A stretch of 64,000 nt of DNA from Chitinophagaceae bacterium (GCA_031360765.1 JANMBZ010000023.1:15016-79015), one strand, 5' to 3'; counted from the first letter of the stretch, positions 37,940-48,555 are shown. Numbers and translations are program-made. Notes: generated by a model not told the origin, from the sequence alone.

Positions 37940-40028
37940 ATCAACATACTTAGGTACAATTCAAGATGTAAATGGAACATCAGTAAGGGTTTCATTAGCT
38001 AATGAAGCGTTATCAGGATTAACGTATGTTGATGGTGAGGGATATAGGATTGGGCAAATAGGAAGTTTTGTGAAAATACCTATTGGTTACATCGAATTAT
38101 TCGGGATAGTAACTCAGGTTGGTGCAAGTGCGGTTCCTGAAATGCAACAGGCAAATCAACCTTATGGAAATAGATGGTTGAGTATTCAGTTATTAGGGGA
38201 AGGTCAACGTAATGGTAGATTTGAACGAGGACTTTCTCAGTATCCTACAATTGGGGATGAAGTGCATCTTGTATCAGAAAATGATTTGAAGAAAATTTAT
38301 GGACAACCTGATAGACCCTATTTTGTAAAAATTGGACACATTTCAGGTGCAGAATCTATTTCTGCTTTAATAGATATTAATAAACTTATAACAAGGCATA
38401 GTGCAGTTGTAGGAACAACAGGCTCTGGTAAATCAACTACAGTAGCATCGTTAATTAATGCTCTTTCAAATGCCTCAATTTATCCTTCTGCAAGAATCAT
38501 TATTATTGACATTCATGGGGAATATGGTCAGGCATTAAGAGATAAATCAAATATTTATAAAATCAATGCCGATAAAAACCTTAATGAACAAGAGTTATAC
38601 TTACCATTTTGGGCGTTGAATTTTGAAGAATTAACAGAGATTAGTTTTGGTGGATTTACTAATGAAAAAGATAAAACTTCTGTACTTGAAAGAATATTGG
38701 AAAAGAAAAAGAATTCCTTAACTAACTTTCCAAAGGATGGGGTTAATATTGATAATCTTAGTGTGGATAGCCCAATTCCGTTTAGTCTTAATTATTTATG
38801 GTATGAACTATACTCTGAAACATTAGGTAAATATTACAGAGATAGACCAGGAAATCCTTTAGAAAATTTAGCGTTTGATGAAGATGCCCAAAAAAATGAG
38901 TTGAAAGGAGACCCAGTAAATGCAAGCCCTCCATTTTTCAAGAAAATAAATACAGCTAAAGCTAATGGCGAATTAGTAGGACATCTTCCGGATACTTTAA
39001 ATATTGGACAACAATTACATGCTTTAGGTTCAAAGCTCAGAGTTCCAAGATTTGATTTTATATTTAAACCTGGAGACTGGTTGCCTTCAGAAACAGGGGA
39101 AGTTGCTAAAGATTTAGATGAGCTAATAAAAAGCTGGATAGGGAGTGATAAACCAATCACTATTCTTGATTTATCTGGTGTGCCGTCAACAATTTTAAAC
39201 TTGATAATAGGGGTATTGTTAAGAGTTTTATATGATGCGTTATTTTGGGCAAGAAAATTACCTGAAGGTGGTAAAAATAGACCCCTACTAATAGTTATGG
39301 AAGAGGCACATAATTATTTAAATGATAACTTTTCAGGATTGGCTTCACTTACAGTTCAAAGAATTGCTAAAGAAGGTCGAAAGTATGGTATAGGTGCAAT
39401 GATTGTAAGTCAAAGACCATCTGAAGTAAATTCAACTATTCTATCTCAATGCGGGACTTTTTTTGCATTACGATTATCTAATTCTACCGACAGGTCACAT
39501 ATCACAAGTGCTGTTAGTGATAATCTTGAAGGTTTGACTAATATGTTGCCAATATTACGTACGGGCGAAGCAATAGTTTTAGGCGAAGCTGTTAAACTAC
39601 CTATGAGGGTTTTAATTGAAGCACCTGACAAAGAAAAAAGACCAGATAGCCTTGACCCTATTATCTTTGATGAAAAGCCTCCCTATGATTCATCTACTCC
39701 TGGTGGCTGGGGAATCAAAAGAGTAATATCAGACCAAGATTATAAAGACATAATGCAGGTATGGCGTTCTCAAAATCCTAATTCTTTAAAAATTATAAAT
39801 TCAGATAAAATGAAAACAATTAGTGTTCAGTCTTCAAACATCGCAACTATCGGATATGATGAAAATTCACAAACGGTGGAAGTTGGGTTTTTAAATGGCT
39901 CAGCATATCAATATTTTGATGTGCCAAAAGTCGTTGCAGATGAATTTATGAACAATCCACCAGAAGGTTCACACGGGAAATATTTGGCTTCTAACATTAA
40001 GGGAGTTTACAGATACTCAAAGGTCTAA
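37929..40028 (+). CDS. herA: HerA ATPase with C-terminal KTSC domain
   Basis: HAS barrel (IGSFVKI, YPTIGDEV), RHSAVVGTTGSGKS, DIHGEY, EEAH, AKEGRKYG, SQRPSE; KTSC SSNIATIGYD...YQYFDVP...SHGKY..NIKG.Y. Confidence 0.9.
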   Translation: MESKSTYLGTIQDVNGTSVRVSLANEALSGLTYVDGEGYRIGQIGSFVKIPIGYIELFGIVTQVGASAVPEMQQANQPYGNRWLSIQLLGEGQRNGRFERGLSQYPTIGDEVHLVSENDLKKIYGQPDRPYFVKIGHISGAESISALIDINKLITRHSAVVGTTGSGKSTTVASLINALSNASIYPSARIIIIDIHGEYGQALRDKSNIYKINADKNLNEQELYLPFWALNFEELTEISFGGFTNEKDKTSVLERILEKKKNSLTNFPKDGVNIDNLSVDSPIPFSLNYLWYELYSETLGKYYRDRPGNPLENLAFDEDAQKNELKGDPVNASPPFFKKINTAKANGELVGHLPDTLNIGQQLHALGSKLRVPRFDFIFKPGDWLPSETGEVAKDLDELIKSWIGSDKPITILDLSGVPSTILNLIIGVLLRVLYDALFWARKLPEGGKNRPLLIVMEEAHNYLNDNFSGLASLTVQRIAKEGRKYGIGAMIVSQRPSEVNSTILSQCGTFFALRLSNSTDRSHITSAVSDNLEGLTNMLPILRTGEAIVLGEAVKLPMRVLIEAPDKEKRPDSLDPIIFDEKPPYDSSTPGGWGIKRVISDQDYKDIMQVWRSQNPNSLKIINSDKMKTISVQSSNIATIGYDENSQTVEVGFLNGSAYQYFDVPKVVADEFMNNPPEGSHGKYLASNIKGVYRYSKV

Positions 40029-40235
40029 ATATTTATTATTTGCTTCGTACAAGTTTTGTGAGTTTTTGAATTTAGGTTCAAGTAGAAAAAAATCTACTCG
40101 ATCAGTTTCACTAGGGTCTGCATTTTCTCTAAATCATTTAAAATTTGGTTAGAACTTTGTCTATTCAAGCCACAATTACTGGGATACAAATGCAGCTAAT
40201 TTCTGTAAATCAATTATAAAATTGTTCGAAATTTG

Positions 40236-40250
40236 TCCAGCCATCCCAAC
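40236..40250 (+). other. Putative right attachment site: degenerate tRNA-Pro 3' end TCCAGCCATCCCAAC
   Basis: Resembles a recalled tRNA-Pro end (TCCAGTCATCCCGAC); followed by a terminator; at the accessory/core boundary. Confidence 0.55.
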
Positions 40251-40278
40251 AAAAAGAACTGAGTAATCAGTTCTTTTT
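40251..40278. terminator. Bidirectional intrinsic terminator
   Basis: AAAAAGAACTGA-GTAA-TCAGTTCTTTTT perfect 12-bp stem. Confidence 0.85.
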
Positions 40279-40298
40279 TGTTTTTGGGAGTACCTGTT

Positions 40299-41921
40299 TT
40301 ACTTCATCAACTCCGTAATCACCTTACCCACACTCCCATTGGGCATCTGTATTCTAAGCATGGCAGCAATAGTTGGGGCAATATCCGTCATATAGGTTTC
40401 CCGGTTTGTTTTACCCTTTTTTACACCCCAGCCAAAAAATATGCAGGGTATATGGGCATCGTAAGGGTTCCATAATCCATGGGTGGTACCTTTGATGCCT
40501 CCATCAAAATAACCAGGTTTAAAAGTAAACTGTATATCGCCGCTGCGTTTTGGATTATAGCCATTTAACATCATCTCTTTTTGTGGGGCAGGCAAGGCTG
40601 TTGTGGCAATATCCTCCAATGCAAAAGCTGTAATAATATAAGGTTGTTTTTTTAATGTTTCAATTACGAGTTCCTTAACTGCTGCTAAACTTTTACCGGC
40701 ATTTTCAATGAGTGATGTGTTAAGATAAACCTGGTAATTCATAACCGTTTGTACGGCTTTTTTTATGCCGAATTTATTGTCAATAGCTGCATTTAAAATA
40801 CTTGCAATATTAATTTCGCTGAAAGTGCCTGCAGGTATTTTATTTTCTTCCATAAAAGCGGGGATATGCGCCACGCCATGATCTGCTGATAAAAAAAACA
40901 GGTAATTTCCCTTGCCCAGTTTCGCATCCAGGTATTGCAAAAAATCAGCAATATCATTATCCAGCCGCAAATAAGTATCTTCTATCTCCACCGAGTTGGG
41001 GCCAAAACTGTGACCAATATAATCTGTTGAAGAAATGCTCACCGCTAAAAAATCGGCAGCCAACCCATTTCCCAGTCCTTCATTTTCTACTGTAGCTTTT
41101 GCAAAATCAAACGTATAGGTGTTTGCAAAGGGCGTAGTTTTAAAAGCTGTGTATTTATTTGCTGCACCAATGGCTGAAAGCTTATGAGGAAATGTCACGC
41201 CGGTTTCTCCCTGTATGGCCGATTCATATGGCTTATCATCTGCCGTACTTAAATCATAACTGCTAATAGGCAGCAATGTGTTCCAGTCTTTGCTCATGTA
41301 GGTACCTGCATAATCCTTTGCATTAAAATCATCAACCCATGCCGGCAATTTGTTCATGTAATAACTGCTGCTTATCCATTTTCCCAGCCGCTCATCATAC
41401 CAATAAGCCGCATTGGCGCTATGGCCTGCGGGCAAAATTGCACCCCTGTCTTTTAAAGCAATACCTATCACCTTGCTTTTAAAATTATTACTCAGTTTTA
41501 ATTCGTCGGTTATGGTAGTAGCCCATAAATTTCGTGGACTCATAAAGCCTGCCCTGGTATTACTGCCAACTGTTGTTACGGTAGAGTCATCGGTACAATA
41601 AACATTTCTGCCCGTCAATTTATCAAACCAGTTATTACCAACAATGCCGCTGATTGCCGGCACGCTGCCGGTGTAAATACAGGTGTGGCCTACGGCTGTA
41701 TAGGTAGGCACATAAGGTATCATGGTGTTTTCGGCGGTAAAGCCATCTTTTAATAAGCGCTTAAAGCCTCCGCTGCCATATAAATCGTTGTAGCGGTATA
41801 AATAATCCCAACGCATCTGGTCAATAACCAACCCTACAACCAGTTTTGGCCTGGCAATCTGCCCAAAAGCAGCAGCAGTAAAAAAGTAAAAAGTGAAAAG
41901 TAAAAAAAATCTGCGAAGCAT
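40299..41921 (-). CDS. pafA: Alkaline phosphatase PafA family
   Basis: VIDQMRWDY, TAVGH, KDRGA, TDYIGH, SADHG, GTTHG. Confidence 0.9.
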   Translation of the reverse strand: MLRRFFLLFTFYFFTAAAFGQIARPKLVVGLVIDQMRWDYLYRYNDLYGSGGFKRLLKDGFTAENTMIPYVPTYTAVGHTCIYTGSVPAISGIVGNNWFDKLTGRNVYCTDDSTVTTVGSNTRAGFMSPRNLWATTITDELKLSNNFKSKVIGIALKDRGAILPAGHSANAAYWYDERLGKWISSSYYMNKLPAWVDDFNAKDYAGTYMSKDWNTLLPISSYDLSTADDKPYESAIQGETGVTFPHKLSAIGAANKYTAFKTTPFANTYTFDFAKATVENEGLGNGLAADFLAVSISSTDYIGHSFGPNSVEIEDTYLRLDNDIADFLQYLDAKLGKGNYLFFLSADHGVAHIPAFMEENKIPAGTFSEINIASILNAAIDNKFGIKKAVQTVMNYQVYLNTSLIENAGKSLAAVKELVIETLKKQPYIITAFALEDIATTALPAPQKEMMLNGYNPKRSGDIQFTFKPGYFDGGIKGTTHGLWNPYDAHIPCIFFGWGVKKGKTNRETYMTDIAPTIAAMLRIQMPNGSVGKVITELMK

Positions 41922-42130
41922 GTTAAAACATTTTTGTAAAGATACCCGATAAGGCCATTAATTAATATCATTAGCCATGTTATACCAATGTTATGAGTTT
42001 TGCAGGCAATGCGTTATTTTTGCACTTCACCCCAATCCCTCTATGAGGAAAAGGAAACCGGGAGAAATAAATGAAGATTACAGCGAATTTGAATAAATCT
42101 AAAATCGTAAATCTAAAATCATAAATCAGC

Positions 42131-43384
42131 ATGGATGTTTTTGAAAAATTAGTAAAAGATGGCGGCCCTATTGGCCAGCACATGGACAGAGCACACGGCT
42201 ATTTCACCTTTCCAAAGTTAGAAGGTGAACTGGGACCAAGAATGAAATTTCGTGGCAACGATATGATTGTGTGGAGCCTCAACAATTACCTGGGCCTCGT
42301 TAACCACCCAGATGTACGTAAAGCAGATACCGAAGCCGCCGAAAAATACGGCATGGGCAACCCCATGGGTGCAAGAATGATGAGTGGCAATACTGCACAA
42401 CACGAAGAACTGGAAAAAGTGATCAGCGAATTTATAAGCCGTGAAGATACCATGCTCCTCAACTTCGGTTACCAGGGTATTATGAGTTGTATTGATGCAT
42501 TGGTAAACCGCCGCGATGTAATTGTGTACGATGCCGAAGCTCACGCCTGCATTGTAGATGGTGTACGCCTGCACATGGGCAACCGCTATGCATTTAAACA
42601 CAACGATATTGCCGACTGCGAAAAACAATTGCAACGTGCCACCGAACTGGCCGCTAAAAACGGTGGCGGTATTTTATTAATCACCGAAGGTGTTTTTGGC
42701 ATGGATGGCGAGCAGGGAATTTTAAAAGAGATCTGCGCTTTAAAAAAGAAATACGAGTTCCGCATTTTAATAGATGATGCACATGGCTTTGGCTACATGG
42801 GCCCAACAGGTGCCGGTGCCGATGAAGCACAGGGTTGCCAGGCAGATATTGATCTTTACTTTAGCACTTTTGTAAAAAGTATGGGCAGCATTGGCGCCTT
42901 CATCAGCGGACCAAAAAACGTACTTAAATACCTGCGCTACAATGTACGCTCACAAATATTTGCAAAGAGCTTACCATTGATGATCGTAGAAGGAATGTTG
43001 AAACGTATGGAAATGGTAAAAGCCATGCCCGAACTGCGTGAAAAACTCTGGTACAATGTAAACCGCCTGCAAACCGGTTTAAAAGAACGTGGTTTTGATA
43101 TTGGACATACCAACTCGCCTGTAACCCCTATTTACATGAAAGGCAACGTGCCCGAAGCCACACAAATGGTAATGGACCTGCGGGAGAATTACCACATCTT
43201 CTGCAGCATTGTGGTGTACCCCGTAATACCTAAAGGCGATATTATTTACCGCCTTATACCCACCGCCGCCCACACCGATGCCGATATAGACGAAACACTA
43301 AAAGCATTTGAAGAAACCAAAAAGAAATTAGATGCCGGTGCTTATAAAGCCGTTGATATACCGGATATGGCGGAAGCGAATTAA
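42131..43384 (+). CDS. PLP-dependent alpha-oxoamine synthase (BioF/Kbl/serine palmitoyltransferase family)
   Basis: SLNNYLG, HACIVDG, EGVFGMDG, DDAHG, STFVKS. Confidence 0.85.
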   Translation: MDVFEKLVKDGGPIGQHMDRAHGYFTFPKLEGELGPRMKFRGNDMIVWSLNNYLGLVNHPDVRKADTEAAEKYGMGNPMGARMMSGNTAQHEELEKVISEFISREDTMLLNFGYQGIMSCIDALVNRRDVIVYDAEAHACIVDGVRLHMGNRYAFKHNDIADCEKQLQRATELAAKNGGGILLITEGVFGMDGEQGILKEICALKKKYEFRILIDDAHGFGYMGPTGAGADEAQGCQADIDLYFSTFVKSMGSIGAFISGPKNVLKYLRYNVRSQIFAKSLPLMIVEGMLKRMEMVKAMPELREKLWYNVNRLQTGLKERGFDIGHTNSPVTPIYMKGNVPEATQMVMDLRENYHIFCSIVVYPVIPKGDIIYRLIPTAAHTDADIDETLKAFEETKKKLDAGAYKAVDIPDMAEAN

Positions 43385-43406
43385 GAAATGAAAAATTTGT
43401 TTTAAC

Positions 43407-43434
43407 AATCCCATTTTTTTAGATGGGATTTTTT
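43407..43434 (+). terminator. Intrinsic terminator
   Basis: AATCCCAT / ATGGGATT stem followed by T-run. Confidence 0.7.
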
Positions 43435-43586
43435 GTGGGATATAATTTTGTTTTATGTTAAGATTCAGTGTAATGCCATGCTCCATTGATTTGCAGGTCT
43501 GACATCAGTAGTATGTACAGATAAGAAAATCAAAAATTATCCCTTAAATAATTTTGTTCTATTTTTATGAAAACCCTTTAGCCTGT

Positions 43587-45077
43587 ATGTCCAATTTAAA
43601 CTTTGATACCCATTTTAAAGACCTATTTGAAAATACCAGTGATCTGATTCACTTTCTCACTATTGATGGACAAATTGAGTTGGTAAATACTATGTGGCTT
43701 AAAACGCTTGGCTATAAAAAGGAGGAGGTTGAGGGCAGAAGTATTTATGATTTTATTCATCAGCCTTGTATTGAAGAATACAAGACTTTGCGCAATACAG
43801 CAATTGCTTCAAAACAAAGTATTGAACTGGTTACAACTTTTATGACTAAAGAAGGAAAGGAAGTTGTTGCAGAAGGACAAATAAGCTATTTTGATACAAC
43901 GGGTAAAGCCCCTTATACAAGAGGTGTTTTTAAAAATATAACTGCCAGGAAAATAGCTGAAAAAGAAATAGAGAATAGCGAAAAAAGATTAAAAACTTTT
44001 ATTCACAGCGGCCCCGATGCGGTTGTTGTTATTAATGAAAATCAGGAAATTTTAGAATGGAACCCCCGGGCCCAAACAATTTTTGGTTACACCGCAGCCG
44101 AAGTTATGGGCAGTTCTTTATCAGAAACCATAATACCACCCCAATACCGTGAAGCACATAATAGGGGAATGGCTAATTTTTTAAAAACAGGTGAAGGGCC
44201 CGTGCTTAATAAAACCATTGAAATAACTGCCCTGCATAAAAAGGGCCATGAATTTTATATTAACCTCAGCATCTCCAATGTTAAGCTTGAAGGGCAATGG
44301 ATCTTCATCGCATTCCTTTCAGATATTACCGAAAGAAAAAAAACAAAAGAAGCCCTCATACACCGTGAAGCAGAATTGATGCAGGCAAAGCTACTTGAAG
44401 AAAAAAAAGATGAATTTATTTCCATTGCCAGTCATGAATTAAAAACCCCTTTAACCACCATTAAATCATATGCCCAGTTAGCTTTAAATTTGGCAAAAGA
44501 TAAATACCCTCCTGATGATGTTCAAAATTGTTTGATTAAAGTAGACCAGTTTACCGAAAAATTAAATATTCTTATAAATGAGTTACTGGATGTATCACGT
44601 ATTCATGGAGGTAAATTAAGTATTTCAAAAACTGAAATTGAAATGAATACTTATCTTTCTGAAGTAATTAGCTCCATGCAGCAAATAACACGTACTCATA
44701 AAATAATATTACAAAATAATGAAAAGGTTAGGGTGAGTATAGATACCCTCCGGCTTGAGCAGGTGATTACCAACCTCATTAATAATGCCGTTAAATATTC
44801 TCCCGGAAAAGAAATTATACATGTAAACTCAGTAAAAAAAGACAATTCCATTATTGTTTCCTTTACCGATTACGGCATTGGTATTCCCATTGAAAAAAGA
44901 ACAAAAATATTTGACCGTTTTTACAGAATAGATGAAACATCAAAACATTTTAGTGGCCTGGGGATTGGGCTGTTTATTTCAGCAGAAATAATAAAACAAC
45001 ATGGCGGAAGTATTTGGGTAGAAAGTATGGAGGGGCAAGGAAGTACTTTATATTTTAGTTTACCTGCATTGATTTAA
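43587..45077 (+). CDS. PAS-PAS sensor histidine kinase
   Basis: Two PAS domains, SHELKTPLT, NAVKY, DYGIGI, GLGIGL. Confidence 0.9.
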   Translation: MSNLNFDTHFKDLFENTSDLIHFLTIDGQIELVNTMWLKTLGYKKEEVEGRSIYDFIHQPCIEEYKTLRNTAIASKQSIELVTTFMTKEGKEVVAEGQISYFDTTGKAPYTRGVFKNITARKIAEKEIENSEKRLKTFIHSGPDAVVVINENQEILEWNPRAQTIFGYTAAEVMGSSLSETIIPPQYREAHNRGMANFLKTGEGPVLNKTIEITALHKKGHEFYINLSISNVKLEGQWIFIAFLSDITERKKTKEALIHREAELMQAKLLEEKKDEFISIASHELKTPLTTIKSYAQLALNLAKDKYPPDDVQNCLIKVDQFTEKLNILINELLDVSRIHGGKLSISKTEIEMNTYLSEVISSMQQITRTHKIILQNNEKVRVSIDTLRLEQVITNLINNAVKYSPGKEIIHVNSVKKDNSIIVSFTDYGIGIPIEKRTKIFDRFYRIDETSKHFSGLGIGLFISAEIIKQHGGSIWVESMEGQGSTLYFSLPALI

Positions 45078-45158
45078 ATTTTATCTTTTTTAGCCGGAAG
45101 TTTATTTTTCCTTTCAACGGAATACAGGGTTTAATAGCAGGCCCGTCGTTTACTTTCT

Positions 45159-47381
45159 TTATTCTTCCATCCACTGCACGCCCGTCTTCTTAATATCGGT
45201 TGCAATATTGTCAATAAAATTAAACTGGTCGGCAATGGGTTTAAATTCGGTGAGTAGTTTTTGAGTATCGCTTATTAAAATCTGTTGTTTTAATTCCTGT
45301 CGGCGGGCAAGTAATAAATGTTGTAATCGTTGCTGAATATTGTTTACGGGCGATTCTTCCGGCGCAACAATTTCAGCAGACGTATCAGTAATAATTTTTT
45401 CTGCATCTTCCAAACGGGCAATAACGGTTTTAACAAGTGGCGCAAAATCGGGGGATGCAAATTTCTCTGCCAGGGGTTTTACATAATAACTTAGCGTGGC
45501 AACATGCGAAGTAAGTGTGTGGTTAAGCACCACAAACTGGTGTAGATGCCTAATGTTTTTTTGTTTGCTTTTTGGGTCGGATAACATGCGGGTAAAAGCA
45601 TCAGAAAGGTTGGCCAGGGCTACAAAAGCATTTTGCCGGCTGACTTTATACTCAAGTATACTAACCGGGTTACCGGTAAATGCAGCCGCAACATCACTGA
45701 AATAGTTTTTGTTGCTTTTAATAGCCGCAAGCATATAATTGTTAACCTGCTCCTGCTCCCAGGCCGGCAATAAAATAAGGTTTGCTAAAAAAGCAATTAC
45801 AGAACCGATGATGGTATCCGTAATTCTATCGGTGATAATCATTTTAAAACTGGCATTGCTTAAAAAATGAAACAGCAGCAGAATATAAGGCGTCATAAAA
45901 ATTACACTTATCATATAATGCGTTCGCATAAAACTGTACGTGCCAATCATCATCAGCAGCATCAGTACAAAAAGTGCATCGCTGTTCTTAACAAAATATA
46001 AAATCACCAACCCTGCAGCGGCGCCAAGCATAGTGCCAATTAACCTATCGAAATTTCTTTTTTTTGTAAGACTGTATGCAGGTTTTAAAATAACAATAAT
46101 GGTAAGCAATATCCAGTAGCTATGCCCTACCGGAAAAAATAAAGAAACAATAAAACCAACCACTGTAGCAATACTTACCCTTACGGCATGCCTGAAATTA
46201 TTGGATGCAAATGAAAAATTATCAAATAAAAGTTTGCGGTCAATGGGTTGGTGAGTAACAAATTTATCATACTCTTCTACCTTACTGTGCTTTTTGCTGA
46301 GTTCTTTATCATAAGCGGTGTACAAATGAAGCGTATGTATGCGGCCAGCAATATCGCCAATGCTGTTGAGGATGTGGCGCATACTTATAAAGGCATCTAC
46401 ATTTTCGGCGGTGCGGTTAGTATCCCGAAATTTATCAAAATAAATTTTTGTATTAGCGATATGCGCTGCAAGCAAACCGGTTTCATCAGAAGCTCTGCCG
46501 CTTTTTACTGCAATACCAATTTCATCCAGTTCGTTTGCCAGTTCAATAATCAGTTGTTTATATTGATCCAGAATATCCGCTTCGTCAAATGCATCGTGTA
46601 AAGCTTTATAATCATGGTAGCTCGCCATCGTTCTTTCAAACAAATCAACAATATCGGTAAATATCATCAACAATGTACGGCTGGTGGTAGTAGATTCTTT
46701 AATTACATTGTTGCTTTTAAAAAGCAGTTCTCTTACCAGGTTCTGTTCGTTGTGTAACACAATCTGTTGCTCCATCATTTGCTGGTAAACTTTTTCATAA
46801 TCTACTCCTCTTTGATAAAAAGAAGCTCTTGTACGCAGGTAATCGGCCGTGGCCATAATACAATCGCCCAATGCCTGCTGCGCCACTTTGTATGGGCGAA
46901 AGCTATACAATACCAAACTTAACAGCATGTACCAGACTGCACCGGCAAAAATATAACCGGCATTAATAATTACTTCCCATCCATGGTGGTACCTGTCAAT
47001 ACTTAATACCATTACCAGCAATGACGAAACACCTATAGAGTTTGCACGGTTGCCAAACACAGCCATCATGGAAAATATAAAACAAGCAACCAATATCAGG
47101 ATACCGAGTGCGAAAGTATGCGGCGCTGCAAAACCGGTAATTACAGCCATCAGTGTATTAATAATGATGCAAGCCAGCATCCCGTTTTTACGATGCTGTA
47201 TTGGGCCAGGTGTGTCAGTTATGCTCACACTCATAGCACCTAATGATACAACCACACCAACCGCCAGTAAATTAAAATAATTGAGAATGATAGCTGGCAA
47301 AACAATACCCACAGTAATACGGATGCCATCACTTAAATAATGGCTGCTGATAAATCTTTTATATTCCCTTAAATAATCCAT
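45159..47381 (-). CDS. FUSC-family (YccS-like) membrane protein
   Basis: Two TM blocks, FRHAVR, SYWILLT, RLIGT. Confidence 0.85.
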   Translation of the reverse strand: MDYLREYKRFISSHYLSDGIRITVGIVLPAIILNYFNLLAVGVVVSLGAMSVSITDTPGPIQHRKNGMLACIIINTLMAVITGFAAPHTFALGILILVACFIFSMMAVFGNRANSIGVSSLLVMVLSIDRYHHGWEVIINAGYIFAGAVWYMLLSLVLYSFRPYKVAQQALGDCIMATADYLRTRASFYQRGVDYEKVYQQMMEQQIVLHNEQNLVRELLFKSNNVIKESTTTSRTLLMIFTDIVDLFERTMASYHDYKALHDAFDEADILDQYKQLIIELANELDEIGIAVKSGRASDETGLLAAHIANTKIYFDKFRDTNRTAENVDAFISMRHILNSIGDIAGRIHTLHLYTAYDKELSKKHSKVEEYDKFVTHQPIDRKLLFDNFSFASNNFRHAVRVSIATVVGFIVSLFFPVGHSYWILLTIIVILKPAYSLTKKRNFDRLIGTMLGAAAGLVILYFVKNSDALFVLMLLMMIGTYSFMRTHYMISVIFMTPYILLLFHFLSNASFKMIITDRITDTIIGSVIAFLANLILLPAWEQEQVNNYMLAAIKSNKNYFSDVAAAFTGNPVSILEYKVSRQNAFVALANLSDAFTRMLSDPKSKQKNIRHLHQFVVLNHTLTSHVATLSYYVKPLAEKFASPDFAPLVKTVIARLEDAEKIITDTSAEIVAPEESPVNNIQQRLQHLLLARRQELKQQILISDTQKLLTEFKPIADQFNFIDNIATDIKKTGVQWMEE

Positions 47382-47477
47382 AAAAGTGGGCGGGCCTGCA
47401 AAGATAGTTTGATATGCTGAGTTGGTAAGCCATCATTAATCAAGCCAAACCTGCACCAACTTATTGGTAGACCGATT

Positions 47478-47700
47478 TTAAAGTTAGGCGATTGCTTTTT
47501 TTACCACGCAAAGTTTCACATGCATGGCCTCAGGTTTGGCCCAAAGGAAAAATGACTGTAACTTTTCAACCGGCAGGAAAACTTGAAAGCTTCTTTGTAA
47601 CCCTCGCTGCTCTGGATCATGAGCCAACGGCAGCTGAATTGGCAAAAATTTATATTGATAATTAAATGCAAATTGTGGGCCGCCACTAAAAATAAATTAA
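47478..47700 (+). pseudogene. Remnant of a cupin-domain gene
   Basis: Hand translation GDCF/LPRKVSHAW...FQPAGKLESFF...DN*MQIVG/PPL with a stop and two frameshifts. Confidence 0.6.
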
Positions 47701-47721
47701 TAATTCCTGAGGATAAAATAA

Positions 47722-48555
47722 TTAATTTTCTTTCTCATCAGCCATAAAATCAAACGTTTCTGCAGATATTTCATTGTCGTTATTGCAATGGGTTATTTGT
47801 GCAAAAGCGCTGTAAATAGAGCCTATCATTAGCGGCAATGAGAATAACAACCCAATACCACAGGGTATTGCACTTATAAAAATAATAAACCCCAACAGTA
47901 AAAACAAACCAACCAGTTGCCCTAAATTATGCCGTGCTATACGGCGGCTCATCTCCATGGCTGGCCAGGCATCCATTTTGTAAATAACTATAAAATGTGT
48001 TTTAAAAGCCCACAAAGCTGTTATAAATAATAATGCAACTGTTAGTATAAGTGCCGATACTATAAACTTACTGTTAAAGAGCTTTAAAAAAGCGTCTCTT
48101 ATTTCCTGCTGGCGGGTAAATGCATTTGCACCCTGCGACAATTTAAAAAGATGTATAATCTCAGGAATAAAATTAAAAAAAACAAGTGCCATAAGTGCTA
48201 AACTGGCAGCCGCCTGTATTAGTGTGCTGATGGCAATGGGCTGCAGGTAATTAAAGCCCTTAAACATATCTCCAAAATCGGCCCAGCCTTTTCCGTTGGA
48301 AATATTCCAGGTAACATACACCGCTCCAGCCATTAAGCAGGGGCTGAGTATCAGGTTATTTACAATACCGCCTGCAATGGGTATAAGCCCAACACCTATA
48401 CTGATAGCGATGGTAATTATGCCGCCAAGTATATAATAACCCAAATGCTTTGAAACCATTGCCCAGCCCTCAGACAATGCAAGCCCGATAGAGAAAACAG
48501 ATTTATCAGTTTTAAGTTCTTCCAGTGTTTTCATTAATTTATTTTTAATAAACAT
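47722..48555 (-). CDS. Integral membrane protein
   Basis: About five TM helices, DFGDMFKGF. Confidence 0.75.
   Translation of the reverse strand: MFIKNKLMKTLEELKTDKSVFSIGLALSEGWAMVSKHLGYYILGGIITIAISIGVGLIPIAGGIVNNLILSPCLMAGAVYVTWNISNGKGWADFGDMFKGFNYLQPIAISTLIQAAASLALMALVFFNFIPEIIHLFKLSQGANAFTRQQEIRDAFLKLFNSKFIVSALILTVALLFITALWAFKTHFIVIYKMDAWPAMEMSRRIARHNLGQLVGLFLLLGFIIFISAIPCGIGLLFSLPLMIGSIYSAFAQITHCNNDNEISAETFDFMADEKEN

Larger units (their letters stand above)
1..40250. mobile_element. Integrated element (provirus-like module + RHS locus + defence block); left end outside the window
   Basis: Only accessory genes up to 40028, att-like sequence at 40236-40250, housekeeping genes afterwards. 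Confidence 0.7.

Noticed and set aside
37929-40028. HerA as the packaging ATPase of the virus-like module
   Set aside because: Has a HAS barrel, overlaps Sir2 and lies in the defence block about 19 kb from the structural operon
40220-40250. Complete tRNA gene
   Set aside because: Only a 3' fragment; no D arm or anticodon arm upstream
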